A stretch of 64,000 nucleotides of DNA from Candidatus Latescibacterota bacterium (GCA_965116875.1 OZ220733.1:1-64000), one strand, 5' to 3'; positions 27,001 through 37,069 are shown, counted from the first letter of the stretch. The notes: generated from the letters alone by a model not told the origin. Program-made: numbers and translations.

Positions 27001-28247
27001 GGTGGGGTCGCGGGCTGGCAGAACGCTTCTCTCCGGCTACATACAAGCCACCACAGTACAACGCCCGGCACACATCCCGCGACCGCAGGAACAAACGCCG
27101 TCAATGCGGCGCCATCGTAATGGTGCGTGAAGACGCCCGCGCCCACGCCACCGACAACCAGAACCAGCATCCACGCTGCAGCGGGTCCCTGCTGGTGGGC
27201 GGCGAGCAGTGTGGTGTGCGCCAGGCCGCACAACACAAAGGGCGGCACGCACCAGACCAGCCGCATTGCGAACGGCAGCGCGGGAAGCCAGGCCTGTCCC
27301 AGAAGCCACGTTACCGCCGGCCCAAGCATCAGCTGTACGGCCACCGAAACCGCTATGGCGATGCCCGTCAGCGTAACTGCGGACCGGACGACGAGCTTCA
27401 TGAACGCCTGTCGATCGTGCAGCCGCGTGCTCAGGGCGGGCAGCACGGCCTCGAAACTCGCGCCAATCAGAATAAGCAGCGCCGCCGCAAGACGGTACCC
27501 GACGGCCAGATATCCGGCTTCGGCGCCGCCTCCGGTCTGATAATAGACCGTCAGGTAATTCAGACTCAACAGGTTGATCAGATAGTACACCGCCGGAAGA
27601 TGTTTCAACCCCTCCGCAATCCGACGTCGATCGAATCCCTTCCGAACCAGAGGACCGAGTTCACCCGCCGACCGCCGCACAAGGACGAACGCGGCGGCGA
27701 GATAGCCTGCTCGACAGACCAGATAGCAGATTGCAACGCCGATGAGACCCCCGCCGGCAATCATCGCGCCGATCCCGCCTGCCAGCAGAAGGACGTTGAG
27801 TCCCAGCATCAGCATGGCGCAGGTTCCGGACCGCTGGAGACCCTTGAACACCGCGTTCAGGCCGTCTCCCATGCTCAACGAAACCGTGGAAACGCCCACC
27901 AGCAACACGGCCAGCGCCACATCCGCCCTGGCGCCGATCGCAAGGGCAACCCCTGCCATCACCGCCAGTGCGGGCAGGGCCAGGACCAGCTTGAACGACA
28001 GGGCTTCCAGACACGCGACGCGGCCCTCCGCCGGACTTGAAGCCGCGGCCTTGATGATCCGGTTGTTCGTGCCCGCATCCAGAACCGGAACGAAGAAAGC
28101 GGTCAGGCCAATGACAAGGGCGTAGTCGGCCAGTCCGCTCTCCCCGAGAAGGCGCGCCACGCCCACCAGAAGCAGCATGCCACCAAGCAGGTGGGCGCTC
28201 TTCTCCACGGTGATAAAGACCGAATTCCCCGAAACCCGCGTCAACAT
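26997..28247 (-). CDS. Oligosaccharide flippase (Wzx/MATE-like)
   Basis: Polytopic membrane protein; VARLLG...DYAL and EAGYLAVGYRL patterns; stop overlaps the polB stop. Confidence 0.7.
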   Translation of the reverse strand: MLTRVSGNSVFITVEKSAHLLGGMLLLVGVARLLGESGLADYALVIGLTAFFVPVLDAGTNNRIIKAAASSPAEGRVACLEALSFKLVLALPALAVMAGVALAIGARADVALAVLLVGVSTVSLSMGDGLNAVFKGLQRSGTCAMLMLGLNVLLLAGGIGAMIAGGGLIGVAICYLVCRAGYLAAAFVLVRRSAGELGPLVRKGFDRRRIAEGLKHLPAVYYLINLLSLNYLTVYYQTGGGAEAGYLAVGYRLAAALLILIGASFEAVLPALSTRLHDRQAFMKLVVRSAVTLTGIAIAVSVAVQLMLGPAVTWLLGQAWLPALPFAMRLVWCVPPFVLCGLAHTTLLAAHQQGPAAAWMLVLVVGGVGAGVFTHHYDGAALTAFVPAVAGCVPGVVLWWLVCSRREAFCQPATPP

Positions 28248-28323
28248 CCCCTCCGATGCCGCCGGAAACAAGAAAAGCAGGGCAGCCCCTGCTTTCCGAT
28301 TCATTGAACAGCGTGAAAGGCTC

Positions 28324-29022
28324 TCAGAAATCAAACCCCAGACGGTCGTCCACGCGCAAGATCACGGTGTCGGGTTCGCTTGTAATGGCACCCTCGGCAA
28401 CAACAATATCGTCCACGACACGCAGTTCGAAAACAAAGTCGGCCGGCGCAACGGCCCGGAAGACCGGCATGCTGTTCTCAGCGTCGAAATCGACGCCGGG
28501 GCCGTCGAGCTGAGTCCAGGTATACCGGAGGGGGTCCCTGTCCGGATCCGAACTCCCCGTGCCGTCCAGTGTCACGCTGAGTCCGCTCGAGTACGCGATG
28601 GTGCGGTCCATGCCGGCATCCGCCACGGGCGCTCCCTGGGTGACATGAATCTCGACCATCCCCTCTGTAATGGTGCCTGATTTCCCGTCGTCAACTTCAA
28701 CCTTGAGCGTATAGACACCCGTTACGACCGGCGCGATCCATACCACGGTCACCGAATCCTGAAAGAGTCCCCTCACGGAATCCTGGTTGCTGGCCGCGAA
28801 CTCCCCGCCATCCTCCCTTTTCAGGTCCGTCCACAGATAGTCCAGTTCGTCGTTGTCCGCGTCTTCGGTGAAAAGCGTAATCTGGACCTTGCTTCCACGG
28901 CCCACGGATGAATGGTCATCCTGGTCCGTGCTAAGCTCCACAATCTGCGGCTGTTCCTGTCTGTCCAGCAGACCACAGCCCGTCAGGAGAGACAGGCAGA
29001 ACAACACCAGTGTCCAGCGCAC
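28324..29022 (-). CDS. Lipoprotein with Ig-like/PKD domains
   Basis: Lipobox LLTG-C; PVADAG...VTLDGTGSSDPDRDPLRYTWTQ; GTG start after GAGGGA. Confidence 0.75.
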   Translation of the reverse strand: MRWTLVLFCLSLLTGCGLLDRQEQPQIVELSTDQDDHSSVGRGSKVQITLFTEDADNDELDYLWTDLKREDGGEFAASNQDSVRGLFQDSVTVVWIAPVVTGVYTLKVEVDDGKSGTITEGMVEIHVTQGAPVADAGMDRTIAYSSGLSVTLDGTGSSDPDRDPLRYTWTQLDGPGVDFDAENSMPVFRAVAPADFVFELRVVDDIVVAEGAITSEPDTVILRVDDRLGFDF

Positions 29023-29255
29023 GATATCCCTCGGAAAAGATATGGCAGGCGGGAAAACACGGTAGACAGGCTCCGACAAGGCCTCGCCGCAATTCTGCCG
29101 GAGCCGGGTCGGAACACCCGTTCTAACTCTCTGGCCGTTATTGAGTTCCATGAAACAGGCGGGACTGTCAGCATCCGCCGCCGTCGAATCCGTACGGCGG
29201 CGAGAGGGCATCGACCGAATGGGAGTACGTGCCGTCAAGCCCAATGCAGGGGAAC

Positions 29256-29897
29256 TCAGTCGCTTTCCTTCAACAGCATCTTCATGTCGGGCAACAGCTT
29301 CTTCGAGAGTCCGGGATCGGTCCCGTCGTAGTAGGCCCTGACCCGCCCCTTCCTGTCCACCAGCGCAAAGCGCAGGCTGTGCATGATCTGGTCCGTGCCT
29401 TCTTCCACACCTCCCACACCCAGCTGAAAGCCATCGCGAATGACGCTGTACACACCGGACTTCTCCCCCGTCAGAAACAGCCAGTGATCCGGATCCGCCA
29501 GATAACGTTCGGCATACCTTGAAAGGACCTCGGGCGTGTCCCGCTCCGGGTCCACCGAGAAAGACACCAGCCGTGTGTCCGGATATTTCCTCAGCGGGGC
29601 CTGTAGCGCCTGCATCTGCGCCGAAAGCAGCGGGCAGGGACCGGCGCAATGCGTGAAGATAAAGTCCGCAACCCAGACGTGGCCGAGCAGGTCCGAAAGC
29701 CCCACCTCATTCCCGTTGCGTTCCAGGAGTACGAACTCCGGCACCTCACTCAGAACCGGCAGGCGCTGAGACAGGGCCCTTATGGCCTTGACTTCGCGCA
29801 GGAAGAGGAACGTGCCCACCGTCAGCATCAATAGCGTCGCGCCTGTCAGCACGAGCCAGAAAACACGAACCTGCCTGGGTACGCCCATCGGTTTCAT
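29256..29897 (-). CDS. SCO1/SenC copper chaperone
   Basis: FIFTHCAGPCP (CxxxC), SVDPERDTP, conserved His in MHS; N-terminal TM helix. Confidence 0.9.
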   Translation of the reverse strand: MKPMGVPRQVRVFWLVLTGATLLMLTVGTFLFLREVKAIRALSQRLPVLSEVPEFVLLERNGNEVGLSDLLGHVWVADFIFTHCAGPCPLLSAQMQALQAPLRKYPDTRLVSFSVDPERDTPEVLSRYAERYLADPDHWLFLTGEKSGVYSVIRDGFQLGVGGVEEGTDQIMHSLRFALVDRKGRVRAYYDGTDPGLSKKLLPDMKMLLKESD

Positions 29898-30703
29898 CAC
29901 ACTCCTTCCCGCCGCCTGATCACAAACAGGGAAACGGCCAATGTCACGAGAACGAACAGGCTGGTCACAAGTAGGCACACCTCGATCGACGGGACCCGTC
30001 CCGCCAGCTCAGGCGCCTCCATGTACAGCGTATGCCGAACGCCGGCAACGCCATAGGTCAACGGATTTATCCGCATCACCCACGCGAGCCAGTCCGGCAC
30101 GCCGGAAAGCGGGAACAACGCCCCCGAGAGCGCCCACATCGGCAACAGGAACAGGTTCATGATTGCATGAAACCCCGCCGTGGACGCCATCCGCCACGCG
30201 ATCGCGAAACCCAGGCCCGTGAGCGCCATGCCCACCAGAAACAGAAACGCCACCGTTGCGGCGAGAGAAACCGGGTTGACCGGAATGTCCAGCTGGTACA
30301 CGAACAACAGGAAAACCGCCCCTTCCAGCACGGCCAGCGTCGTACCCCCCAACACCTTGCCGATGACCACGCCGCTTTGCGAAACCGGGGCGACCAGCAC
30401 GGACTGCATAAATCCCTCTCTCCGGTCCTCCACCACCGAGATCGTGGAGAATATGGCAGTGAAGAGCAGGACCATCAGGAGGGCGCCAGGATAGATATAC
30501 TCCAGGTAACTCATCGATCCCGAAATGCCGGCGGGCGCGAAGGATGCGCTCATTCCAATGCCCAGCAGCAGCCAGAACACGAACGGCTGCAGGATCGCGC
30601 CAAGCAGCCGGTGCCGGTCCCTGGCGAATCGCACGAGTTCCCGCTTCCACAGCGTAGCCGCCGGGAGGAAAAACCCTTCGCCGCGCCGCGTGTCATCTGG
30701 CAT
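29897..30703 (-). CDS. ABC-2 type transporter permease
   Basis: Six TM helices; EDRREGF..VLVAPV; LSGALFP; NPLTY. Confidence 0.85.
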   Translation of the reverse strand: MPDDTRRGEGFFLPAATLWKRELVRFARDRHRLLGAILQPFVFWLLLGIGMSASFAPAGISGSMSYLEYIYPGALLMVLLFTAIFSTISVVEDRREGFMQSVLVAPVSQSGVVIGKVLGGTTLAVLEGAVFLLFVYQLDIPVNPVSLAATVAFLFLVGMALTGLGFAIAWRMASTAGFHAIMNLFLLPMWALSGALFPLSGVPDWLAWVMRINPLTYGVAGVRHTLYMEAPELAGRVPSIEVCLLVTSLFVLVTLAVSLFVIRRREGV

Positions 30704-31634
30704 TCCCGCCCTCCCCCGTCTCGAACGGACGCCCCGTCTCCCGGATGAACACGTCCTCCAATGTGGGCCGTCCGAGCCTGACCGCGGAAATCCGTTCCCG
30801 GAAACCGGCGTACAGCGATGCCATCATCGCCTGCCCGTCGTCGCATTCAATCCGAACGGTACCGTCAACAAGCGCCGTGGCAGCGCCCACCTTCGTTTCG
30901 ATTTCGGCACTCAGCGCCTCCGTATCTTCGCCTTCGATCACCAGAACGTCTTTGTTCATCGAACGCTTTAGCGCCTCCGGCGCACCCTGCGCGACAAGCC
31001 TTCCCCGGTCCAGAATGCCAACGCGGTCGCATCGCTCCGCTTCCTCGATGAAGTGCGTGGTCAGCAGGACGGTAACACCCTGATCGTCACGAAGTCTCTG
31101 CAAATCATCCCACAGGGTTCTGCGGGCGAGCGGGTCCAGGCCGCTGGAGGGTTCGTCGAACAACAACAGCTCCGGCCGGTGCAGCAACCCTCTTGCCAGG
31201 TCCACCCGCCTTCGAAGTCCGCCGGAAAGCGCTTCCGTCCGGTCGTTTTTTCGATCCGTGAGGCCGACGCTCCCGAGAATCAGCTCGATCCGCTCCTTCA
31301 ATGCGCGCCCGCGCAGACCATACAGATGGCCCTGATGGCGCAGGTTCTCAAGTACCGTCAGCTTGAGGTCCAGGCTGGCATGCTGAAACACCACCCCGAT
31401 TCGGGCGCGTATTTCCGCGGCATCCCGAAACAGGTCACGGTCCAGTACTCGAACCGTTCCTTCGGAGGGTTCGAGAAGCGTGCTCAGGATCCGAAACAGG
31501 GTTGTCTTCCCTCCCCCGTTCGGGCCCAGCAGGCCATAGACTTCGCCCCTCTCGATTCGAAGGTCGATTCCGTCGAGCGCACTCCGGTTTCCGTAACGAT
31601 GGCGCAACCCTGCAACTGTGATGGCAAACGACAA
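30693..31634 (-). CDS. ABC transporter ATP-binding protein (DrrA/NodI-like)
   Basis: GPNGGGKT, LSGG, LLLFDEPSSGLD, TTH. Confidence 0.9.
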   Translation of the reverse strand: MSFAITVAGLRHRYGNRSALDGIDLRIERGEVYGLLGPNGGGKTTLFRILSTLLEPSEGTVRVLDRDLFRDAAEIRARIGVVFQHASLDLKLTVLENLRHQGHLYGLRGRALKERIELILGSVGLTDRKNDRTEALSGGLRRRVDLARGLLHRPELLLFDEPSSGLDPLARRTLWDDLQRLRDDQGVTVLLTTHFIEEAERCDRVGILDRGRLVAQGAPEALKRSMNKDVLVIEGEDTEALSAEIETKVGAATALVDGTVRIECDDGQAMMASLYAGFRERISAVRLGRPTLEDVFIRETGRPFETGEGGNAR

Positions 31635-31801
31635 AGGGACCCCTCGGATGCTGTCTCGAGACCGCCTGGCAGACGCAGCGGCCCGAGGCTCACGGAAAGT
31701 TCAGGTCTGACAGATAGAGGAAGACGACGCCATCCGAAAAGAGAAAGGTGATAGGCAACCCCTATCACCCGGCAATACCTGGTTTGCAGCGCCCGACTCA
31801 A

Positions 31802-32704
31802 CTACAGCAACGTATCGAACAACAAGGCGATCCAGAGTAGAGGCAAATAAACGAGCGTTGCGCGCAGCAGCCGTCTCGCGTTCTGCAGTGTCCGGACTCT
31901 GGCGAACAAAATGACAGGATACAGGAGACAGAATCCTGCCCCCGCCGCCACGGCCGCGTAGAGCAGACCGGTCAATCCCGCAAGCCAGGGCAGGAAGGAA
32001 AACGCCAGCAGGATGGCGCTGTATACGCTGATCTGCGTCGCTGTCCTCCGGCCCGCCGGATCGTCGATGGAAATCATATTGAATCCGCCGCGGGCGTAGT
32101 CGTCCCGGTAGATCCACGCGATGGAGAAAAAGTGCGGAAACTGCCACAGGAACAGAATGCCGAACAACAGCCACGCGCCTGTGCCGACCTCCCCCTGCGC
32201 CGCGGCCCAGCCTCCCATTGGCGGCAGGGCGCCCGCAACGGCGCCGACGGCGGTGTTGTGCGTCGACCTCCGCTTCAACGGCGTATACAGGAACAGATAG
32301 ATGACCGTTGTCAGCCCTGCCAGAAAGCCCGCCAACCAGTTGATTTGCAGCCCCATATACAGGACACCGGCGCCGGACAGCAGCAACCCGAATAGATAGG
32401 CTTCCTCAGCGTACAGGCGGCCGGCAGGCAGGGGCCGGTTCGCTGTACGCTCCATCCGGGCGTCCGTTTTTCGTTCCAGATACTGGTTCAGAACGGCCGA
32501 TCCGCTCGCGACCAGGACCGTCGCCAGCAGCGTATGAAGGAGCCGAGCGGACTCGAAGACACCGGCCGCGCCCACAACGAATCCAACCGTTGCACTCAAG
32601 ACGACAAAGACCGTTATCTTGGGCTTGGTGAGGGCCAGATAATCCATCAGGCGCGCCCACGACAAAGCCCCATCCGCCATCCCGGCCTCAACCCGCGGTT
32701 TCAT
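31802..32704 (-). CDS. ctaB: Heme O synthase (protoheme IX farnesyltransferase)
   Basis: LTKPKI, NQYLERKTDARMERTANRPL, YTPLKR, GALPP, WQFPHF. Confidence 0.95.
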   Translation of the reverse strand: MKPRVEAGMADGALSWARLMDYLALTKPKITVFVVLSATVGFVVGAAGVFESARLLHTLLATVLVASGSAVLNQYLERKTDARMERTANRPLPAGRLYAEEAYLFGLLLSGAGVLYMGLQINWLAGFLAGLTTVIYLFLYTPLKRRSTHNTAVGAVAGALPPMGGWAAAQGEVGTGAWLLFGILFLWQFPHFFSIAWIYRDDYARGGFNMISIDDPAGRRTATQISVYSAILLAFSFLPWLAGLTGLLYAAVAAGAGFCLLYPVILFARVRTLQNARRLLRATLVYLPLLWIALLFDTLL

Positions 32705-32725
32705 GGAACAATAGACCTCCAACGA

Positions 32726-33745
32726 TCAGCGATCTGTGAACACAGAGACGACCCCGGGGTTTACGGCAGCGCAAATCCGCCATATGCGCAGCGTCAGCAC
32801 CAGGCTGGTGGCAAGCGCCATCGCTCCCACGACCACGTGCAACGTCGTTATGGCAACCGCCTTGCCCGTCCAGATGACCAGGGCCCCCAGCGCCAGTTGA
32901 ACGATAAGCAGCACCAACAAAACCACGGAGGGCGTCGTCAGATCGGGCCTGGACCCGTGCCTGCGCAGGACGCGGTACGCCGTCCAGATGAGAACACCGG
33001 ACACCACAACCGCCCACGCCCGATGGGCAAAGTGAACGGCAACACGGGTCCGCAGCGTTTCGATTGAAATGGGAAACGGGTCCGTGGCGTCCACGGTCAA
33101 TTCGGAAAACGGCGGAATCAAACGGCCGAAGGAAAGCGGGAAATCGGGAATGGCAAGACCGGATTCGGTATGCCGCATCAGCGCGCCGAGTACAAGCTGG
33201 ATGAAAACCACAATCGTGCCGGCCGCCGCCAGCCATTTCAGCGGCGCCCCACCCGCGTCCGGCATCGGTTCCGCCGCCGCTCGCCAGCCGGCCGAAGTGA
33301 ACAGCGCGATGCCCACGGTAAGACAGAAAAAGGCCTGCGCCAGGCAGGCGTGACTCACGGATATCCACGTGGGCAGGAGAAAGAGTACCGTCAACCCGCC
33401 CAGCAGGCCCTGCAGGACAACCGCGGCCAGGGCTGCCGCACCCAGGTTGCACAACCACCGCCGCTCCTCCCGCCGCCACAACCAGATGGCGAGAACCGTC
33501 GTCAGGATTCCCACGAACGCCGCCACCATCCGGTGGCCGTGTTCGTAGAAGATTCCGCCGACCATGGGCGGAAATACCATTCCATACGAAAGCGGCCAGT
33601 CCGGTACCGCCAGCCCCGAACCCGTACTGCTGACCATCGCGCCGGCGAAAATTAAAAAAAGGGTCGCGCCAGCCGTGAACACGGAGAACCGGTGCAGCCA
33701 GCGATACCCCTTCGACGTCGCGAAATCCGTTTCCGTCCGGCTCAC
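32726..33745 (-). CDS. ctaA: Heme A synthase
   Basis: GLAVPDWP, EHGHR, QGLLGG, HFAHR; start uncertain (33745 or 33817). Confidence 0.85.
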   Translation of the reverse strand: MSRTETDFATSKGYRWLHRFSVFTAGATLFLIFAGAMVSSTGSGLAVPDWPLSYGMVFPPMVGGIFYEHGHRMVAAFVGILTTVLAIWLWRREERRWLCNLGAAALAAVVLQGLLGGLTVLFLLPTWISVSHACLAQAFFCLTVGIALFTSAGWRAAAEPMPDAGGAPLKWLAAAGTIVVFIQLVLGALMRHTESGLAIPDFPLSFGRLIPPFSELTVDATDPFPISIETLRTRVAVHFAHRAWAVVVSGVLIWTAYRVLRRHGSRPDLTTPSVVLLVLLIVQLALGALVIWTGKAVAITTLHVVVGAMALATSLVLTLRIWRICAAVNPGVVSVFTDR

Positions 33746-33758
33746 CCGCCAACCCTGC

Positions 33759-34061
33759 CTATTCCGCGTCGGCGGCAAGCCATTTGCCGTCCATACCGAG
33801 CATCCCTGATCCGCCACGGGACTGCTCCCGCACGTTCCCGTAACGTCGCGCCCGGCGCACCCAGAATATCGTCACGCCGACAATGCCAACCAGCACGGAC
33901 ACGACGATGCCCATCAGCACCAGAACCCCCGCGGCAGCGCCCTTCGCCATATCGGATTCGGGATCCCCGTAACACACCGCGCAGGCCCGGGCTATTTCAG
34001 GAAGCATCACTCCGAGGGCCGCGGCCGCGGCAACCCAGATGCGTCTCACAGATAACTCCAT
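33759..34061 (-). CDS. Small membrane protein with CxxC motif
   Basis: Signal-like N-terminus ending ARA, then CAVCYG, then one TM helix; overlaps the upstream gene in the cox cluster. Confidence 0.6.
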   Translation of the reverse strand: MELSVRRIWVAAAAALGVMLPEIARACAVCYGDPESDMAKGAAAGVLVLMGIVVSVLVGIVGVTIFWVRRARRYGNVREQSRGGSGMLGMDGKWLAADAE

Positions 34062-34252
34062 CCCTTGAGCTTTTTCAGAAACCAGAGGCCGTACCAGACA
34101 AGGACGCCGCTCCCCGCGAATGAACCCGCGCCCAGTACGAGATTCGTCCCGTTGCCCGTTGTGACCCAGTCCTGAATCGCCCAGACGCCAAAACCCAGAC
34201 AGCAGAGAATGGACACGGTGACAAAGACCACGTGGAATGCTTTCAGAGACAT
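34046..34252 (-). CDS. Small two-TM membrane protein of the oxidase cluster
   Basis: MSLKAFHVVF; two hydrophobic helices; RBS; operon context. Confidence 0.65.
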   Translation of the reverse strand: MSLKAFHVVFVTVSILCCLGFGVWAIQDWVTTGNGTNLVLGAGSFAGSGVLVWYGLWFLKKLKGWSYL

Positions 34253-34271
34253 TGCTTTCTCCGATTCAGGA

Positions 34272-34583
34272 CTACCCGTCCATTTCGCCCGCGCCGGTGA
34301 ACTCCGTAAAGGACGGCAGCAGCATCAGTACCACGAAAAAGGCGACCGTGAGCGCCAGAACCCAGTATATGATCTGTTTTTCAGATACCAGATGCATGAA
34401 ATACCCGGCGACCAGCCCGCCCTTGATACTCGCGATGAACAGCGCGATCAGAACCGTAGCCGCCACCGACTCGATCTGGAGATAGGAGACGCCAACCGTT
34501 ACGACCGTTAGCACGGCCAGCGCGGCAAACACCAGAATGTAGATCCGTACGTGTTTTCTGATCTCTTCAGCGCTCTCAGCCAT
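34272..34583 (-). CDS. Cytochrome c oxidase subunit IV (CtaF-like)
   Basis: Three TM helices; IASIKGGLVAGYFMHL; AAGGAG RBS. Confidence 0.85.
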   Translation of the reverse strand: MAESAEEIRKHVRIYILVFAALAVLTVVTVGVSYLQIESVAATVLIALFIASIKGGLVAGYFMHLVSEKQIIYWVLALTVAFFVVLMLLPSFTEFTGAGEMDG

Positions 34584-34593
34584 ACCACGCTCC

Positions 34594-35193
34594 TTACAGC
34601 AGATAGAGAATCGGGAACAGGAAGATCCAGACCAGATCCACGAAGTGCCAGTAGAGTCCGGCGCACTCGATCCGGTTGGCGAATTGCTCGGGCGCCGTAT
34701 GCCAGAGCTTGCTTCCGGGGAAGAGCAGGTAGAGATTCACCACGATGCCGCCGATCACGTGCAAACCGTGCAGGCCGGTCATCGTAAAGTACGTTGCGTA
34801 AAACGTACTCGTGGACGGATAGATACCAAGATGAAACTTGTGGGTATATTCGAAATACTTCACAACAAGGAACACGAACGCCAGCAATACCGTCAGGCCC
34901 AGATAGAGCTTGAACCTTCCGAAATTGTCCAGTTTCAGGGATGCCCAGGCCATAACCATCGTCACACTGGAGGCGATGAGCACGAATGTATTCAACGTGG
35001 CCAGCGGTACGTTCAGCAACTCCGAGCCGTGAGGCCAGGTTGGCGCCCCCACCCTGAGCAGGACCAGCGTTGAGAACAGCGCGCCGAACAGCATGACCTC
35101 GGAGGCCAGGAACAACCAGATCCCGAACTTCCCGTTATACACCCCCGTTATCGGATGCGGTTCCACCGTGTGGGGAATTTCTTCAACGGACAC
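34594..35193 (-). CDS. coxC: Cytochrome c oxidase subunit III (short form)
   Basis: WLFLASEVMLF, NTFVLIASS, TGLHGLHV, YWHFVDLVWIFLF; AAGGAG RBS before GTG. Confidence 0.92.
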   Translation of the reverse strand: MSVEEIPHTVEPHPITGVYNGKFGIWLFLASEVMLFGALFSTLVLLRVGAPTWPHGSELLNVPLATLNTFVLIASSVTMVMAWASLKLDNFGRFKLYLGLTVLLAFVFLVVKYFEYTHKFHLGIYPSTSTFYATYFTMTGLHGLHVIGGIVVNLYLLFPGSKLWHTAPEQFANRIECAGLYWHFVDLVWIFLFPILYLL

Positions 35194-35260
35194 CGTCTGT
35201 CTCCTTTGCGTTTGTGGCGGTCGAACCAGGCGGTTCCACAATCATTCCCGGGCGACCGGC

Positions 35261-37057
35261 CTAGTCGTCGTCTGCGGAGGTGGGCGCCGGCTCAGGTTCC
35301 GGCCGGGCCGCCTGCCCGTTCTCAGACGCGTGCTGCGGCGTGAAATCGCTCGACGCGCCGGGCACACTGTATTCGTAAGGCCCCCGGTATACTCTGGGCG
35401 TCACCGCGAAATTCCCGTGCGGCGGGGGCGTGGGTGTCGCCCATTCGAGCGTGGTGGCCTGCCATGGATTGTCCGACTCCACCTTCCTGCCCTTCCTGAT
35501 ACTGATAAAGAAGTTGATGATGAAGAAAATCTGCGCCAGCCCCAGCAGCCATGCAGACCAGGAACTCATCGACGTCAGGCCCTGCACCTGCGCCCCGTAA
35601 GCGTACTGCGTCTGGTCGTACAGACGCCTGGAAACCCCCGCCATACCCACGAACAACATCGGCATGAACACACCGTTCATGAAAATCAGGCTGCTCCAGA
35701 AGTGCAGCTTGCCCAACGCATCGTTCATCATGCGTCCCGTGACCTTGGGGAACCAGTAGTAGATCCCGGCGAACAGTGCGAAAATCGTGCCCGGCGCCAC
35801 CACATAGTGGAAGTGGCCGATCACGTAATAGGTATCGTGCAGATGCAGGTCCGCGGCCGTGAGGCCCAGCGGCAGCCCTGTCAACCCGCCGATGGCGAAC
35901 ATGGGAATGAACGCCAGGCAGAACAGCATGGGTACCGTAAACCGGATGGACCCGCCGTGGAGGCTCAACGCGAGCGCCGTCAGGATAATAACCGACGGGA
36001 TGGAGATGATCATGGTCGTGGCCTGGAAGAAGGTACTGATTGTCGTGCCCATTCCGGTCATGAACATGTGGTGCGCCCAGACGATAAACGACATGAACCC
36101 GAGAAAGATAATCGAGTAGACCAGCGTGCGATACCCCCACAGCGGCCGGCGCGTGTTGTTGGCCACGATCTCGCCGACAATGCCGATTGCCGGAAGAATC
36201 AGCACGTAGACTTCCGGATGCGCGAGAAACCAGAACAGATGCTGCCACAACAGCGGGCTGCCGCCGCCGCTCACCTCCAGCGGCTGTCCTGTTACGACCA
36301 GTCCGCTCGGCATGAAAAAGCTGGTACCCGCGATCCGATCCATAAGCTGCATGACGCCGGCGGCTTCGAGCGGCGGAAACGCCAGCAGCAGCAGAAACGC
36401 CGTCACGAACTGCGCCCACACGAAAAAGGGCAGCCGGAAAAACGAAAGCCCTTCGGCCCTCATCTGCACCGTAGTTACGATGAAATTCACCGAACCCAGC
36501 AGAGAAGACGTGATCAGGGCGACCATGCCCCACAGCCACCATGTCTGCCCCGTCGGCGCGATATTGGCCAGAGGCGGATAGGACGTCCAGCCGGACTGCG
36601 CCGCGCCTTCGGGCACGAAAAAGCTGGCCAGCATAATGATTCCGCCCACGACGAACACCCAGTAACTGGCCATATTCAGCTTCGGAAACGCCATGTCCGG
36701 CGCGCCGATCTGCAGTGGCAGCACGTAGTTTCCAAATCCGCCTACCGCCAGCGGTACCACACCCATAAAGACCATGATTGTGCCGTGCATCGCGCCCAGC
36801 TGATTGTAGAACTCGGGAACCATGATGCCTTCCGGCATGTTGATCTCGCCGAACAAACCCCCGATCCACGGCATCGGCTGTCCCGGATAGGCCAGTTGCC
36901 ACCGCATCATCATCATCAGGCAAAAGCCGAAGAACAGGAAAAACAGGGCCGTTACCGCATACTGGATCCCGATGACCTTGTGATCGGTTGAGAATACGTA
37001 CTTCTGCCAGAACGGCAACTCGTGGTGTCCGTGGTCACCATGTTCGTGCTCAGCCAT
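35261..37057 (-). CDS. coxA: Cytochrome c oxidase subunit I, family A
   Basis: Six His ligands (MHGT, HPEVY, AHHM, HFH); D-channel DMAFP..N; SRR. Confidence 0.97.
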   Translation of the reverse strand: MAEHEHGDHGHHELPFWQKYVFSTDHKVIGIQYAVTALFFLFFGFCLMMMMRWQLAYPGQPMPWIGGLFGEINMPEGIMVPEFYNQLGAMHGTIMVFMGVVPLAVGGFGNYVLPLQIGAPDMAFPKLNMASYWVFVVGGIIMLASFFVPEGAAQSGWTSYPPLANIAPTGQTWWLWGMVALITSSLLGSVNFIVTTVQMRAEGLSFFRLPFFVWAQFVTAFLLLLAFPPLEAAGVMQLMDRIAGTSFFMPSGLVVTGQPLEVSGGGSPLLWQHLFWFLAHPEVYVLILPAIGIVGEIVANNTRRPLWGYRTLVYSIIFLGFMSFIVWAHHMFMTGMGTTISTFFQATTMIISIPSVIILTALALSLHGGSIRFTVPMLFCLAFIPMFAIGGLTGLPLGLTAADLHLHDTYYVIGHFHYVVAPGTIFALFAGIYYWFPKVTGRMMNDALGKLHFWSSLIFMNGVFMPMLFVGMAGVSRRLYDQTQYAYGAQVQGLTSMSSWSAWLLGLAQIFFIINFFISIRKGRKVESDNPWQATTLEWATPTPPPHGNFAVTPRVYRGPYEYSVPGASSDFTPQHASENGQAARPEPEPAPTSADDD

Positions 37058-37069
37058 AAAAGGGACTCC

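Noticed and set aside
29023-29649. Long N-terminal extension of the 441-aa ORF
   Set aside because: Overlaps SCO in another frame; a lipoprotein signal with RBS begins at 29022.
35093-36991. 632-aa plus-strand ORF and 533-aa alternative-frame ORF over coxA
   Set aside because: Shadow ORFs caused by GC-rich codon bias; no motifs, and they overlap a clear oxidase gene. The same applies to most long antisense ORFs in the track (39564, 56275, 7247 and others).
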